Shown: positions 18,294 to 27,631 of the stretch, piece by piece
Layout of the letters: every line of letters starts with the position of its first letter
Position numbering within the stretch: the stretch's first letter is position 1
Origin: Candidatus Ozemobacteraceae bacterium
Lineage (GTDB): Bacteria > Muiribacteriota > Ozemobacteria > Ozemobacterales > Ozemobacteraceae
Assembly: GCA_035342015.1 (NCBI GenBank)
Contig: DAOQWI010000002.1
Span: 1-56,418, forward strand
DNA: 56,418 nt
Direction of reading: 5' to 3'
Made by a program: the position numbers and the translations under genes
Notes under the pieces: generated by a model
The model's database searches: none
Told to the model about the DNA's origin: nothing
Seen by the model: only the letters and a program-made list of their open reading frames with translations

Positions 18294-18473
18294 TTACTTC
18301 ATGAGCTCCTTCTGTTTTTTGCTGGCAGCTTCGTCACGCTGAAATGAAACGGTAACAACGTCGCCAACTTCAATTGAAGTCGAAAAACAGGTCTTGTGAA
18401 CATTGATCACGTCACCATTTTCGAGTAAACAGCGGAAATAATCACCATTGCAAGAATCAACAACTGCCTGCAT
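18294..18473 (-). CDS. Small protein (59 aa), DUF3006-like
   Basis: Below the ORF-track size cut-off. ATG at 18473 is preceded by GGGAGG with a 5-nt spacer, and the stop TAA is at 18296..18294. The translation is MQAVVDSCNGDYFRCLLENGDVINVHKTCFSTSIEVGDVVTVSFQRDEAASKKQKELMK. The pattern xAVVDxxxGDyxxxxLEnGdxxxv...GDVVxV...DEexxxxxxxE resembles DUF3006. It fills the gap between two co-directional genes. Confidence 0.6.
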   Translation of the reverse strand: MQAVVDSCNGDYFRCLLENGDVINVHKTCFSTSIEVGDVVTVSFQRDEAASKKQKELMK

Positions 18474-18496
18474 TTCTGCCTCCCTGTAAAAAAGAA

Positions 18497-18850
18497 TTAA
18501 AAGCCAAGCTGCGAGAGAAAACTCTGAACGAAACGATGAATTTCATCAACCGCCGAATCATGCTGAGAGGCTTCAAGAAAAGCGATCTTGTTGCCACGCA
18601 TGTCGCCCTCGCGCGTTTTATAAACCTCTATACGATAAACCAGTTCATGCGAAAAATTCTTGTGCGGAAAAATTTTGACGAGCAGCCGGGTCTCGTCGGG
18701 AAGCCTCAGAATCATGGTTTCCTGAATAGACCCGGTCTGCAGCGTCACATCCATGCCGACATCTTCGTTTTTTCTGAAAAGATAACGCTGGGTAATTCTG
18801 TAAATCAGATCACCCACATCACGAAGCGTCAGATTGATTCCTTTTTCCAT
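18497..18850 (-). CDS. Hypothetical protein translationally coupled to thrS
   Basis: 117 aa. The ATG at 18850 lies inside the last codons of thrS (22-nt overlap). An AAGGAG SD sits 5 nt upstream, also within thrS. No recognisable motif. Confidence 0.6.
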   Translation of the reverse strand: MEKGINLTLRDVGDLIYRITQRYLFRKNEDVGMDVTLQTGSIQETMILRLPDETRLLVKIFPHKNFSHELVYRIEVYKTREGDMRGNKIAFLEASQHDSAVDEIHRFVQSFLSQLGF

Positions 18851-20742
18851 TCCTGCTCCTTGATGAAATCAGAGAGTTGAATACCGGTGAGATTCTCACC
18901 ATTGCGCAGGCGCACGGTAATCGTGCCGGCATTGGCCTCCTGCTCACCCAGAATGATCATGAACGGAATCTTCTGCAACTGAGCCTGGCGAATGCGATAG
19001 CCCATTTTGTCATTGCTGTCATCGAGTTCACATCTGACAAGATTCTGCTTGAGAGCGGCCACAACTTTCTTTGCATAATCAGACTGCTGATCATTAACCG
19101 GTATGACCACCGCCTGAACCGGAGCCAGCCACAACGGCATGGCACCGCTGTAATGTTCGACAAGAACACCAAAGAAACGTTCAATAGAGCCCAGCAAAGC
19201 GCGATGAACCATATATGGGCGGTGGCGATTGCCATCCGGGCCTATATAATGCATGTCAAACCTTTCAGGCAGGTTAAAGTCAAACTGAATCGTGGTCATC
19301 TGCCATTCGCGACCGATCGCATCTCTGATCTTGAGGTCGATTTTCGGGCCGTAAAAGGCACCGCCACCCTCATCCATTTCACAGGCAACCCCTTCGGCAT
19401 CAACAGCACGTCTGAGCGACTCAAGGGCCTGTTGCCAGCGAGATTCTTCGCCAACAGCCTTTTCGGGCCTGGTAGCAAGATAAGCCTTGATGTCGGTGAA
19501 CCCGAAAGCTTTCCAGAGGCGCAGGCTGAATCTGAGAGTTTCGCGAATTTCATCTTCAATCTGATCTGGCGTGCAGAAGATATGTGCGTCATCCTGAGTG
19601 AAGCCTCTGACACGCAGCAACCCATGCAGAACACCGCTCTTCTCGTAGCGGTAAACCGTGCCAAGTTCGGCCCAGCGCAGGGGCAGGTCGCGGTATGAAC
19701 GCACCTGCGATTTATAGGTCATGATATGGAACGGGCAGTTCATCGGCTTGATGTAATAATCGTTGCCGTCGATTTCCATTGGGTTATACATGGCATCTTT
19801 GTAATTCTGCAAATGCCCGCTGGTTTCCCAGAGCCAGCTCTGGCCGATGTGCGGCGTATACATCAGTTCGTAACCGTTGCGATAATGCTGCTCTTTCCAG
19901 AATTTTTCGATTTCATGCCTGATTCTTGCACCTTTGGGGTGCCAGAAAACAAGACCCGGGCCAACTTCTTCGTGGGTAGTGAACAGATCAAGCTCTTTGC
20001 CAAGCTTGCGGTGATCGCGTTTTTTGGCTTCTTCAAGACGGTCGAGATACTCTTTGAGCTCTTCTTTGGTCATGAAGGCAGTGCCATAGATACGCTGCAG
20101 CATCGGCCGCTTTTCGTCACCGCGCCAGTAGGCGCCGGCAACGCTGAGCAGCTTGAAATTCTTTATTGCGCCTGAATCCTGAACGTGCGGGCCACGGCAA
20201 AGATCGACGAACTTACCCTGTGAAAACACCGAAATCGTCTGGTCGCCAAGCTCTTCAATGAGTTCGAGCTTGAAGGTCTGGTTCATTTTTTTGAACATTT
20301 CGAGAGCTTCTTCACGGCTCACAACCTTGCGAACAAAGGGCGACTTCGCCTTGATGATCTCTTCCATTTCTTTTTCGACACTGGCAAGATCTTCGGTTGT
20401 CAGAGCGCGTGGCAGCAGAAAGTCATAATAAAAGCCGTTTTCAATAGCCGGCCCGATACCGAACTGGGCTTCGGGGAACAGCTTTAATACTGCTTCTGCC
20501 ATAATATGCGCCATCGAATGGCGGCACACTTCTGTGGCTTCTGGTGATTTGGCGGTAACGATCTCGAAGTCGGCTGACTCGGTCAATGGCGTGCGCAGAT
20601 CAAGGAGATTTCCATTTATTTTTCCGGCCAGAGCGGCTTTCGCCAGGCCCGGACCAATTTTGGCTGCGGCGTCAAAAATCGTGGCTCCTGACTCCAGCTC
20701 AATGATTTTTCCATCTGGAAGCTTAAGCTGAATCTGTGACAT
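18829..20742 (-). CDS. thrS: Threonine--tRNA ligase
   Basis: 637 aa. The N-terminal TGS domain is IQLKLPDGKIIELESGATIFDAAAKIGPGLAKAALAGKINGNLLDLRTPL. The editing-domain string HSMAHIMAEAV is present. Class II catalytic core strings include FHIMTYKSQVRSYRDLPLRWAELGTVYRYE and GFTQDDAHIF. A C-terminal anticodon-binding domain is present. Confidence 0.97.
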   Translation of the reverse strand: MSQIQLKLPDGKIIELESGATIFDAAAKIGPGLAKAALAGKINGNLLDLRTPLTESADFEIVTAKSPEATEVCRHSMAHIMAEAVLKLFPEAQFGIGPAIENGFYYDFLLPRALTTEDLASVEKEMEEIIKAKSPFVRKVVSREEALEMFKKMNQTFKLELIEELGDQTISVFSQGKFVDLCRGPHVQDSGAIKNFKLLSVAGAYWRGDEKRPMLQRIYGTAFMTKEELKEYLDRLEEAKKRDHRKLGKELDLFTTHEEVGPGLVFWHPKGARIRHEIEKFWKEQHYRNGYELMYTPHIGQSWLWETSGHLQNYKDAMYNPMEIDGNDYYIKPMNCPFHIMTYKSQVRSYRDLPLRWAELGTVYRYEKSGVLHGLLRVRGFTQDDAHIFCTPDQIEDEIRETLRFSLRLWKAFGFTDIKAYLATRPEKAVGEESRWQQALESLRRAVDAEGVACEMDEGGGAFYGPKIDLKIRDAIGREWQMTTIQFDFNLPERFDMHYIGPDGNRHRPYMVHRALLGSIERFFGVLVEHYSGAMPLWLAPVQAVVIPVNDQQSDYAKKVVAALKQNLVRCELDDSNDKMGYRIRQAQLQKIPFMIILGEQEANAGTITVRLRNGENLTGIQLSDFIKEQEWKKESI

Positions 20743-20767
20743 ATTGTCTCCTTATAATTGTGCCCGT

Positions 20768-21994
20768 TTACTCGGGCTTCACACTGATTTTCAGGAATTT
20801 TCGCTTGCCGGCCTGCGCAATGAATTCTGCACCCGGCTTGAACATCTTCTGACCATCGGTTTCTTTAACCTGGTCGATCTTAACCCCGCCCTGCTGCAGC
20901 AGGCGGCGGGCTTCGCCGCCGCTCTCTGCCATACCGGTAACCGTGAGAATCTTCATCAGCGGCAAACCATCGGCCGGGGCGGCAATTGTAACTTCTTCGA
21001 TATTATCAGGCAACCCGTCACCGGACTTGCCGAACATTTTTTCAAACTCGGCTTCAGCAGAGGCGGCAGCTTCGGCCCCATGATACTGAGCGGTGATCTG
21101 GCGTGCCAGGCGCATCTTGACTGCCTTGGGTTCAGAGGCGATCTGTTCACGAACCGCTTTGAGGTCAGCGATTGACAGATCAGTCAGCAACTCGTAATAC
21201 TTGATCATCAATTCATCTGGAATCGAAAGCAGCTTGCCATAAATCTGGCCGGGAGCTTCATCGATTCCGACGTAGTTACCCAGGCTCTTCGACATCTTTT
21301 CCTGACCGTCGAGGCCTTCAAGAATAGGCATGGTAAGAGTTACCTGCGGCGCCTGACCATAGGATCTCTGCAATTCACGGCCAACCAGCAGATTAAAGGT
21401 CTGGTCAAGACCGCCAAGTTCAACGTCGGCATGCAGAGCAACTGAGTCATACCCCTGCATCAGCGGGTACATGAATTCAACGACGCTGATCGGAATCTGG
21501 TTTTTGAAGCGCTTGGCAAAATCATCGCGTTCAAGCATTCGGGCTACGGTATATTGCGACGAAAGCTTGAGAACATCGGCAAAGGTCATGCCTGCCAGCC
21601 ACTCAGAATTGAAAACAACTCTGGCTTTTTCGATATCGAGAATTTTGCCAATCTGCTGTTTGTAGGTTTCGGCGTTGGCCCTGACTTCGTCTTCAGTGAG
21701 AGCCGGACGGGTCTTTTTTTTGCCGGTCGGATCACCGATTCTGGCGGTGAAATCACCGATAAGAAAAACGACTTCATGCCCAAGAGCCTGAAACTGGCGC
21801 ATTTTCTGTAGAACCACCGTATGGCCGAGATGGATGTCAGGCGCGGAAGGGTCTGCCCCCAGCTTGATTACCAGAGGTTTGCCGGTTTCGTATGATTTTT
21901 CGAATTTTTTCAGCAGCTCTTCTCTCGAAACAATGTCGGCGGTGCCGGTTGCCACTATTTCGAGCTGTTCTGCCGGTGTCGCTTTAAATTTCAC
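20768..21994 (-). CDS. tyrS: Tyrosine--tRNA ligase (with C-terminal S4-like domain)
   Basis: 408 aa. The HIGH-type motif is PDIHLGHTV and the KMSKS motif is KMSKSLGN. The string [21 protein letters not shown] is present, and the C-terminal S4-like segment is [16 protein letters not shown]. The GTG start at 21994 lies 1 nt after the valS stop, with an AGGAG SD 8 nt upstream inside valS. Confidence 0.95.
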   Translation of the reverse strand: MKFKATPAEQLEIVATGTADIVSREELLKKFEKSYETGKPLVIKLGADPSAPDIHLGHTVVLQKMRQFQALGHEVVFLIGDFTARIGDPTGKKKTRPALTEDEVRANAETYKQQIGKILDIEKARVVFNSEWLAGMTFADVLKLSSQYTVARMLERDDFAKRFKNQIPISVVEFMYPLMQGYDSVALHADVELGGLDQTFNLLVGRELQRSYGQAPQVTLTMPILEGLDGQEKMSKSLGNYVGIDEAPGQIYGKLLSIPDELMIKYYELLTDLSIADLKAVREQIASEPKAVKMRLARQITAQYHGAEAAASAEAEFEKMFGKSGDGLPDNIEEVTIAAPADGLPLMKILTVTGMAESGGEARRLLQQGGVKIDQVKETDGQKMFKPGAEFIAQAGKRKFLKISVKPE

Positions 21995-21995
21995 T

Positions 21996-24665
21996 TCAGA
22001 TGCTCCTGAGATCTTTCTGATACTGCTGCAGCTTGACTATCTGCTGCTGGTAAGCTTCGATGCTGTCGCGAATCTTGTCGACGACTTCGGCCGGAGCCTT
22101 GCTGACAAAATCTGCATTCTCAAGCTTGACAGAAATTTTTGCCATTTCCTTTTCGACCTTGCCCAGCTCATTTTCAACACGGGTCAACTCGGCCTGCACG
22201 TCGATGACGCCAGCCAGATCGAGGCAGACTTCGGTAGTGCCCATCAGACCGACAAGATGGCCGGCAGGCTTGCTGTCGACAATTGAGAAATTCTCAACAC
22301 CGGCAAGCGAGCAGATCATCGCCTGATGGTTATTGAAAGCCTGACTGAGAGAAGCATTTTTCACGACTCTGACAGTTACCTTTTTCGCTGGTGAAACATT
22401 GGCTGAGGCCCTGAGGTTTCTGATGACGCGAATGGCTTCCATCAGTTCAGAGATTTCCTGTTCGAGCTGGGAATCGACGCGGGCCGTATCACAGACCGGG
22501 AAATGGCTCTGCATCAGGAAACCTTTGCTTCCCGGCAGTTTCTGCCAGATTTCTTCAGTTACGAACGGCATGAATGGGTGCAGAATTCTCAGAGCCCCGT
22601 CGAGGCAGCTGAGCAGAACCTGCTGAACCACGGCTTTGCGCTCGGCATCTTTGCCGAACAGCACCGATTTGCTCATTTCGATATACCAGTCGCAGAAGTC
22701 GTTCCAGATAAATTCATAGACACATTTCAGAGCATCGTTGAACCTGAAGTTGCCTTCGGCAAGGTTGTTGTGAACCTGCTCAACAGTGTAGTTCAGACGT
22801 GAGACGATCCATCGGTCGATCTGCCCAAGCTTTTCGGCCGGCGGCAGTTTCGCGTCGATCGTGCAACTGGCACCTTCAAGGTTCATCAGCACGAAGCGCG
22901 AGGCATTCCAGAGCTTGTTGGCAAAGTTACGCCCGATTTCGACCTTGTTTTCAGCAAAACGGATATCCTGCCCGACCGGTGCAAGAGAAATAACCGTATA
23001 GCGAAGAGCATCAGCTCCGTATTTGGCGATGATTTCGAGCGGGTCGGGCGAATTGCCAAGCGACTTGCTCATCTTGCGGCCCTTCATATCTCTGACGATG
23101 CTGGTGAAGTAAACATCATGGAACGGGCATTCGCCGAGGAAATAATAGCCGGCCATGACCATTCTCGCGACCCAGAAGAAAATAATATCGGGGCCGGTTA
23201 CCAGAGTGTCAGTCGGGTAGAAGCGACGAAGCGTTTCGGTGGTTTCAGGCCAGCCCATCGTCGAAAAGGGCCAGAGCCATGACGAGAACCAGGTATCGAG
23301 AACGTCTTCATCCTGAGTGATGCCCTGAGTTGCACCGCATTTGCCACATTTATCGGGCATATCGGCAGCAACCATTACGTGCCGGCAGGCGCCGCAGGTA
23401 TAGGCTGGAATTCTGTGCCCCCACCAGAGCTGGCGGCTGATGCACCAGTCACGGATGTTTTCCATCCAGTGCAGGTAAACGCCAACCCAGCGGTTCGGGG
23501 TGAAACGCAGAGTGCCGTTCTTAACGGCCTCAATGGCCTTTTCAGCCAGAGGTTTCATTTTAACGAACCACTGGTCAGAAAGATAAGGCTCGATAATGGT
23601 TTTGCAGCGTTCGCAATGCCCGACCGCAAGCTGATGGTCTTCAATTTTTTCGAGAAGGCCCTGTTCTTCAAGTTCGGCAACAATGGCCTTGCGGGCTTCA
23701 AAACGGTCAAGACCGGCGAATTTTCCGGCAAGATCGTTCATGATGCCGGCTTCGTCCATGACGATGACCTGTTCAAGATTGTGGCGCCGCCCCATTTCGA
23801 AGTCGTTCGGGTCGTGAGCCGGAGTAATTTTTACCGCACCTGTACCAAAGGCTTTGTCGACATAATCATCAGCAATTACGGGTATTTCACGACCGATAAA
23901 CGGCAGAATCAGCTTCTGCCCGATCAGATCGGCATAGCGTTCGTCGTGCGGGTTAACTGCCACAGCTGTATCGCCAAGCATCGTTTCCGGGCGGGTGGTA
24001 GCGACGATTAAGTGCCCTTTACCGTCTTTACGCGGATAGCGCATATACCAGAGCGAACCATTGGTGTCTTCTGGGATTTTTTCTTCGTCAGAAAGAGCGG
24101 TACGGCATCTCGGGCACCAGTTGATGATGTATTTGCCCTTGTAGATGAGCCCATCCTGGTGAAGCTTGATGAACGACATCTTGACGGCTTCACTGAGGCC
24201 TTCATCCATGGTGAAACGCTCGCGTTCCCAGTCACAGGAACAACCGAGCTTTTTCAGCTGACTGAGAATAATGCCACCATACTTTTCCTTCCAGGTCCAG
24301 ACGCGTTCAAGAAACTTTTCGCGACCCAGGTCATGGCGGGAAGTCTTTTCTTTTGCCAGAGCCTTTTCAACGACATTCTGCGTCGCAATACCGGCGTGAT
24401 CGGTACCGGGCAGCCACATGGCTTCGCGGCCCTGCATTCTCTGAAAGCGGATCAGGATGTCCTGAAGCGTGTTATTGAGAACGTGACCCATAGTCAGCAT
24501 GCCGGTAACGTTGGGTGGCGGAATTACGATCGAATATTTGGGTTTGTCGGATTTTTCGCTGCCATGAAAACACTTGGCGCTTTCCCATTTGCTGTAGATG
24601 GAATTTTCGACTTCTGCAGGTTCGTATGCCTTTGGCAGAAGTTCTGAGGCATTAGTCTGTGACAT
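21996..24665 (-). CDS. valS: Valine--tRNA ligase
   Basis: 889 aa. [48 protein letters not shown] carries the HIGH region. KMSKSLGN is present. The CP1 editing region and a C-terminal coiled coil ([27 protein letters not shown]) are also present. Confidence 0.97.
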   Translation of the reverse strand: MSQTNASELLPKAYEPAEVENSIYSKWESAKCFHGSEKSDKPKYSIVIPPPNVTGMLTMGHVLNNTLQDILIRFQRMQGREAMWLPGTDHAGIATQNVVEKALAKEKTSRHDLGREKFLERVWTWKEKYGGIILSQLKKLGCSCDWERERFTMDEGLSEAVKMSFIKLHQDGLIYKGKYIINWCPRCRTALSDEEKIPEDTNGSLWYMRYPRKDGKGHLIVATTRPETMLGDTAVAVNPHDERYADLIGQKLILPFIGREIPVIADDYVDKAFGTGAVKITPAHDPNDFEMGRRHNLEQVIVMDEAGIMNDLAGKFAGLDRFEARKAIVAELEEQGLLEKIEDHQLAVGHCERCKTIIEPYLSDQWFVKMKPLAEKAIEAVKNGTLRFTPNRWVGVYLHWMENIRDWCISRQLWWGHRIPAYTCGACRHVMVAADMPDKCGKCGATQGITQDEDVLDTWFSSWLWPFSTMGWPETTETLRRFYPTDTLVTGPDIIFFWVARMVMAGYYFLGECPFHDVYFTSIVRDMKGRKMSKSLGNSPDPLEIIAKYGADALRYTVISLAPVGQDIRFAENKVEIGRNFANKLWNASRFVLMNLEGASCTIDAKLPPAEKLGQIDRWIVSRLNYTVEQVHNNLAEGNFRFNDALKCVYEFIWNDFCDWYIEMSKSVLFGKDAERKAVVQQVLLSCLDGALRILHPFMPFVTEEIWQKLPGSKGFLMQSHFPVCDTARVDSQLEQEISELMEAIRVIRNLRASANVSPAKKVTVRVVKNASLSQAFNNHQAMICSLAGVENFSIVDSKPAGHLVGLMGTTEVCLDLAGVIDVQAELTRVENELGKVEKEMAKISVKLENADFVSKAPAEVVDKIRDSIEAYQQQIVKLQQYQKDLRSI

Positions 24666-24685
24666 AGATTAACCTTTGGCGTTGA

Positions 24686-26770
24686 TTACTTTTGAATAAG
24701 GTGCAGCAGCTTTTCGAATTCTTCGGGTGAAAGCTTGAGGTTTTTGGCCTGTTTGAAGATGCTGAGCTTGGTTTCGAGCGACTGAATCTTCTCGTTGGTC
24801 TTCGGGTCTGGCTTGAGGCTGTAAGCCTTCTTAAGAAGATCCATGGCATCTTCAAATTTCGATTCAGCCATATAAATATCGGCCAGTCTGACCATCAGAG
24901 GCACGAAGTTGGAATCGAGCTCAAGGCCAGCGAGAATGTATTCGCGCGCCCTTTCCTGATCGTTGAGCTCAAGCATTCTTTCTGCAAATCTCTGATAGGT
25001 GATCGGCGAAGGTTCGAATTCAGGCAGGCTGTCAACTGGCAGCCCGTTAGGAGCAACAATTTTAGCACCGCAGAGATGGCAGAAGCGGCTGTCGGGGTTG
25101 CTCTGTGTGGCACCACAGGCAAGACAGCTGAAAAGATTCTGCACAACCCAGACTTTAGATTTCTTGATAACCGAATCGCCTTTGCGATAGCCTTTTTCAA
25201 CCTCAAACACAATGCAGCGCTCTGGGAATTTCGATGATCGGAAATAGTCAGTAGCGCTGTGTTTTTCGGGGTCGTATTCTTCTGAGATAACCTGCATATA
25301 GGTAATCTGATTTGGAATAATGAGGCGGTCAAGAAGCTTCTGATGAAGTGTCTGCAGCTCTGGCAGCGGATTTTTGATAAGCAGCGAATCAAGACCATCA
25401 AAGAAATCGATAAAGCTGGTGATGATCTCGTTCTCGCCGGTAACCGGTATTACGTTTGCAGAAGCGGCAGCACCGCCGGATCTTGCTTTGAGCAGTTCGA
25501 TCTCAGCATCTTTCTGTTTAAGCTGTTCACGGGTGCGACTGATCATACTTTCAAAATTCTGAATGGCAAGCAGTTGATCGGCAACCTGTCTGGTAAGCTG
25601 TTCAACCTCTTCACGCACAGCCGGGTCATTCATACTTTCGTCCTGACGCGCCTCAAGAGAAACACGCAGTCTGGCAAGCTCGTCTTCTCGATTCTGCAAA
25701 GTTTCCTGCAGCTTTACAATTTCAAGCTTCATTGCATCAACCTGGTCAGAATCTGTAGAAGCAGCCTTCAATCCTTCAATTTCATTGGCAAGCTGCTCAC
25801 GTTCCGCTTCAAGAGCAGTAACTTTCATTGCCGCTTCAGCAAAGTCATCTGATTCGGCACGCAGCTTGTCTAATTCAGCCTTCAGCTCATCCATCGACGA
25901 GACTTCCTGACGGAGTTTTTCAAGCTCATCAGAAACTGCCGGCGGCAGCGCAGGACTTGCTTTTAAAGATGCGATCTGCGCTTTCAGCTCTTCGACTTCG
26001 GCCATGGCTTTAACAAGCTCTTCAGAAGAGCCTGCGCCAGCTCCAGCCGCCTCATCTTTTTCGGCAATTATGCTTTTCAGGCTGACTACATCCTGTTCAA
26101 GCTCAAGAATGCGGTTATCTCTGAAAGCTATCTCTGTCTTGAATTCTTCAACAGCCGCAGCCTGAGCCGAGGCATCACCAGCCGCAGCAGTGGCAGTGGC
26201 AAGTTCGGCTTCACGAGCCATCAGCTGGGCTTTAATTTCTTCTACCGCAGCATTCAGTTGAGCGACTTCAGCCTGAGAGGCATCAAAAGCCATCTGAAGA
26301 TCACTTGCCTGCTGTGGGTCAGCAACCGATGAAGTCAGCTGCGACTGAAGATCTCCGACAGCCTGATTTGCCTTCTCAAGTTCTTCACGAAGCGATGAAA
26401 CCACCTGTTCAAGTTCGGCAACCCTCGGATCTTCGACAACTTCAGCGACGGTACTACCAGAAGCCTGGTGCTGTTCAAGCATCTCGCTGAGAGCTTTTAT
26501 CTGCTCATCTTTGGCCTGTTCAAGTTCACTGAACTGATTTTTCTGAGCTTCAAGCTCAGCCAGAAGCCGTTCTGATTCCGTGGATTTTTCTTCGAGAGCT
26601 TTCTTCAGCTGCCCAAGCTCCTCTGAGCCTGTGCCTCCGGCCTCGATCTGAGTTTTGAGATTTCGGATCTGGAGCTGCAGCAACTTGATCAGATTGTCTT
26701 TCTGGACAATCTGTTGATTCAATTTCTTGAAGAATTCGTTACTGATTTCTCCGTTGGCTTCTGGATTCAT
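24686..26770 (-). CDS. GrpE-domain chimera: long coiled coil + GrpE-like core + zinc ribbon + TPR
   Basis: 694 aa. About 430 aa are E/A/Q/L-rich heptad-like sequence. The next segment is FIDFFDGLDSLLIKNPLPELQTLHQKLLDRLIIPNQITYMQVISEEYDPEKHSATDYFRSSKFPERCIVFEVEKGYRKGDSVIKKSKVWVVQ. It follows the GrpE C-terminal pattern: DSL...G+..+...E.FDP..H.A......I..V..KGY......+R...V.V. A zinc ribbon CLACGATQSNPDSRFCHLCGAKI comes next. TPR-like repeats follow (ILAGLELDSNFVPLMVRLADIYMAESKFEDAMDLLKKAYSLKPD). Confidence 0.7.
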   Translation of the reverse strand: MNPEANGEISNEFFKKLNQQIVQKDNLIKLLQLQIRNLKTQIEAGGTGSEELGQLKKALEEKSTESERLLAELEAQKNQFSELEQAKDEQIKALSEMLEQHQASGSTVAEVVEDPRVAELEQVVSSLREELEKANQAVGDLQSQLTSSVADPQQASDLQMAFDASQAEVAQLNAAVEEIKAQLMAREAELATATAAAGDASAQAAAVEEFKTEIAFRDNRILELEQDVVSLKSIIAEKDEAAGAGAGSSEELVKAMAEVEELKAQIASLKASPALPPAVSDELEKLRQEVSSMDELKAELDKLRAESDDFAEAAMKVTALEAEREQLANEIEGLKAASTDSDQVDAMKLEIVKLQETLQNREDELARLRVSLEARQDESMNDPAVREEVEQLTRQVADQLLAIQNFESMISRTREQLKQKDAEIELLKARSGGAAASANVIPVTGENEIITSFIDFFDGLDSLLIKNPLPELQTLHQKLLDRLIIPNQITYMQVISEEYDPEKHSATDYFRSSKFPERCIVFEVEKGYRKGDSVIKKSKVWVVQNLFSCLACGATQSNPDSRFCHLCGAKIVAPNGLPVDSLPEFEPSPITYQRFAERMLELNDQERAREYILAGLELDSNFVPLMVRLADIYMAESKFEDAMDLLKKAYSLKPDPKTNEKIQSLETKLSIFKQAKNLKLSPEEFEKLLHLIQK

Positions 26771-26935
26771 ACGGTCTCCCTAAAATCAATACAGATTAAC
26801 AATACAATATACTTCGTTAAAGCCAGTTTCGGTGCCGAATACATGTCTCAGCCCCGCGGTTCGGCAAAGAGTTTCTAAACCACGAAAGTCTAGCACAGTG
26901 TCAGAGGCAATGCAACACTTGCCATTACAGCAATA

Positions 26936-27415
26936 TCAGTTTTTTCTCTTCCCGACGTGTCCACCGTCCGGACCTTCTTTTTTCTTATCAAAAACCTCTT
27001 TACCAGAGGCACTATCTGGAGCCTGTCGACCCGTCGGTCTGGGCTCCTTAGGTTCTGGCCGTGGTTCTTTAAGATTATTGACCTGGTCTTTAAGGTCTTT
27101 TTTACACTCAGGGCACATTACCCCTTCGTAAATAATCTTTTGACAAAGCTGACAGGGATGAGCAACTTTTCTCAGACCGACCCGCTCTAGCCTTCCAGAA
27201 TTTATAAAGGCCTGCACCTGCTCTTCACTGCACCCGGCATGCTCTGCAACCTGAAAAACAGATGCGCCGGGATTGGTTCTGAGAAAGGTTTTAACCTTCT
27301 GAAACAATTCCTCTTCTTCACGGAAACACTTCGGACAAACGTCTCTCGCAAGTTTAACCATGATAATGCCGCAAACCCGGCACGAAATCAGTTTATTATC
27401 AATATCCTGATTCAT
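26936..27415 (-). CDS. YvyF-like (TIGR03826-type flagellar-region) zinc-ribbon protein
   Basis: 159 aa. CRVCGIIMVKLARDVCPKCFREEEELFQKVKTFLRTNPGASVFQVAEHAGCSEEQVQAFINSGRL parallels the B. subtilis YvyF family. That family has a zinc ribbon, then EEE-x-F, then an HTH-like segment ending in GRL. A second CxxC...CxxC is present (CQLCQKIIYEGVMCPEC), and the tail is basic and Pro-rich. Confidence 0.65.
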   Translation of the reverse strand: MNQDIDNKLISCRVCGIIMVKLARDVCPKCFREEEELFQKVKTFLRTNPGASVFQVAEHAGCSEEQVQAFINSGRLERVGLRKVAHPCQLCQKIIYEGVMCPECKKDLKDQVNNLKEPRPEPKEPRPTGRQAPDSASGKEVFDKKKEGPDGGHVGKRKN

Positions 27416-27453
27416 TTTCCATAACCATCTCTTTCATTTTTTCTTCGCAGAAT

Positions 27454-27462
27454 ATCATAACA
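27454..27462 (-). promoter_or_regulatory. Extended -10 promoter element upstream of the YvyF-like gene
   Basis: The minus strand reads TGTTATGAT, about 39 nt upstream of ATG 27415. The -35 is weak. Confidence 0.4.
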
Positions 27463-27506
27463 GATAAAACCCCAAAAAAGAATGAAACTTTTCACAATCA
27501 GAATTC

Positions 27507-27540
27507 GTTATATATTATGGACAAAGTGTACATATATAAC
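27507..27540. repeat. 9-bp perfect inverted repeat (GTTATATAT-N16-ATATATAAC) in a divergent promoter region
   Basis: Arm 1 is 27507..27515 and arm 2 is 27532..27540, exact reverse complements. The spacer contains the TGTACA palindrome. It lies between the two candidate -10 elements. Confidence 0.6.
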
Positions 27541-27622
27541 ACGACATAATCTGAACAGACTTCACCGCAAAGAGCGTTCCGGAGCGGTCACCTGACACCC
27601 TGAAGAAGTCTGGGCAGGGTTG

Positions 27623-27631
27623 TGGTATAAT
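27623..27631 (+). promoter_or_regulatory. Extended -10 promoter element upstream of the secreted-protein gene
   Basis: TGGTATAAT (TGnTATAAT consensus) lies 60 nt upstream of ATG 27691. There is no convincing -35 at 16-18 nt. Confidence 0.5.

Larger units (their letters stand above)
31..27623 (+). other. (placeholder removed)
   Basis: Ignore this entry: its coordinates are invalid. The correct feature is given in the next entry. Confidence 0.

Noticed and set aside
18877-24647. Plus-strand ORFs of 150-273 aa (18877..19698, 19726..20175, 23379..24011, 24012..24647) opposite thrS and valS.
   Set aside because: They lie entirely inside highly conserved synthetase genes on the other strand. The translations have no recognisable motifs, so they are typical frame -1/-2 shadow ORFs.
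20743-24685. T-box or other leader RNAs upstream of thrS, tyrS and valS.
   Set aside because: The spacers are 25 nt, 1 nt and 20 nt. A T-box leader needs about 200-300 nt, so there is physically no room.
26821-26838. Sigma54-like CGGCAC-N-CTGGCT on the minus strand upstream of the GrpE-domain gene.
   Set aside because: The GG-to-GC spacing is 11 nt instead of the invariant 10, and the -24 box starts with C. It is not a credible -24/-12 promoter.
26833-26866. Inverted repeat TGCCGAA-N20-TTCGGCA downstream of the YvyF-like gene, considered as a terminator.
   Set aside because: The stem is only 7 bp, the loop is 20 nt, and no U-tract follows on the minus transcript.
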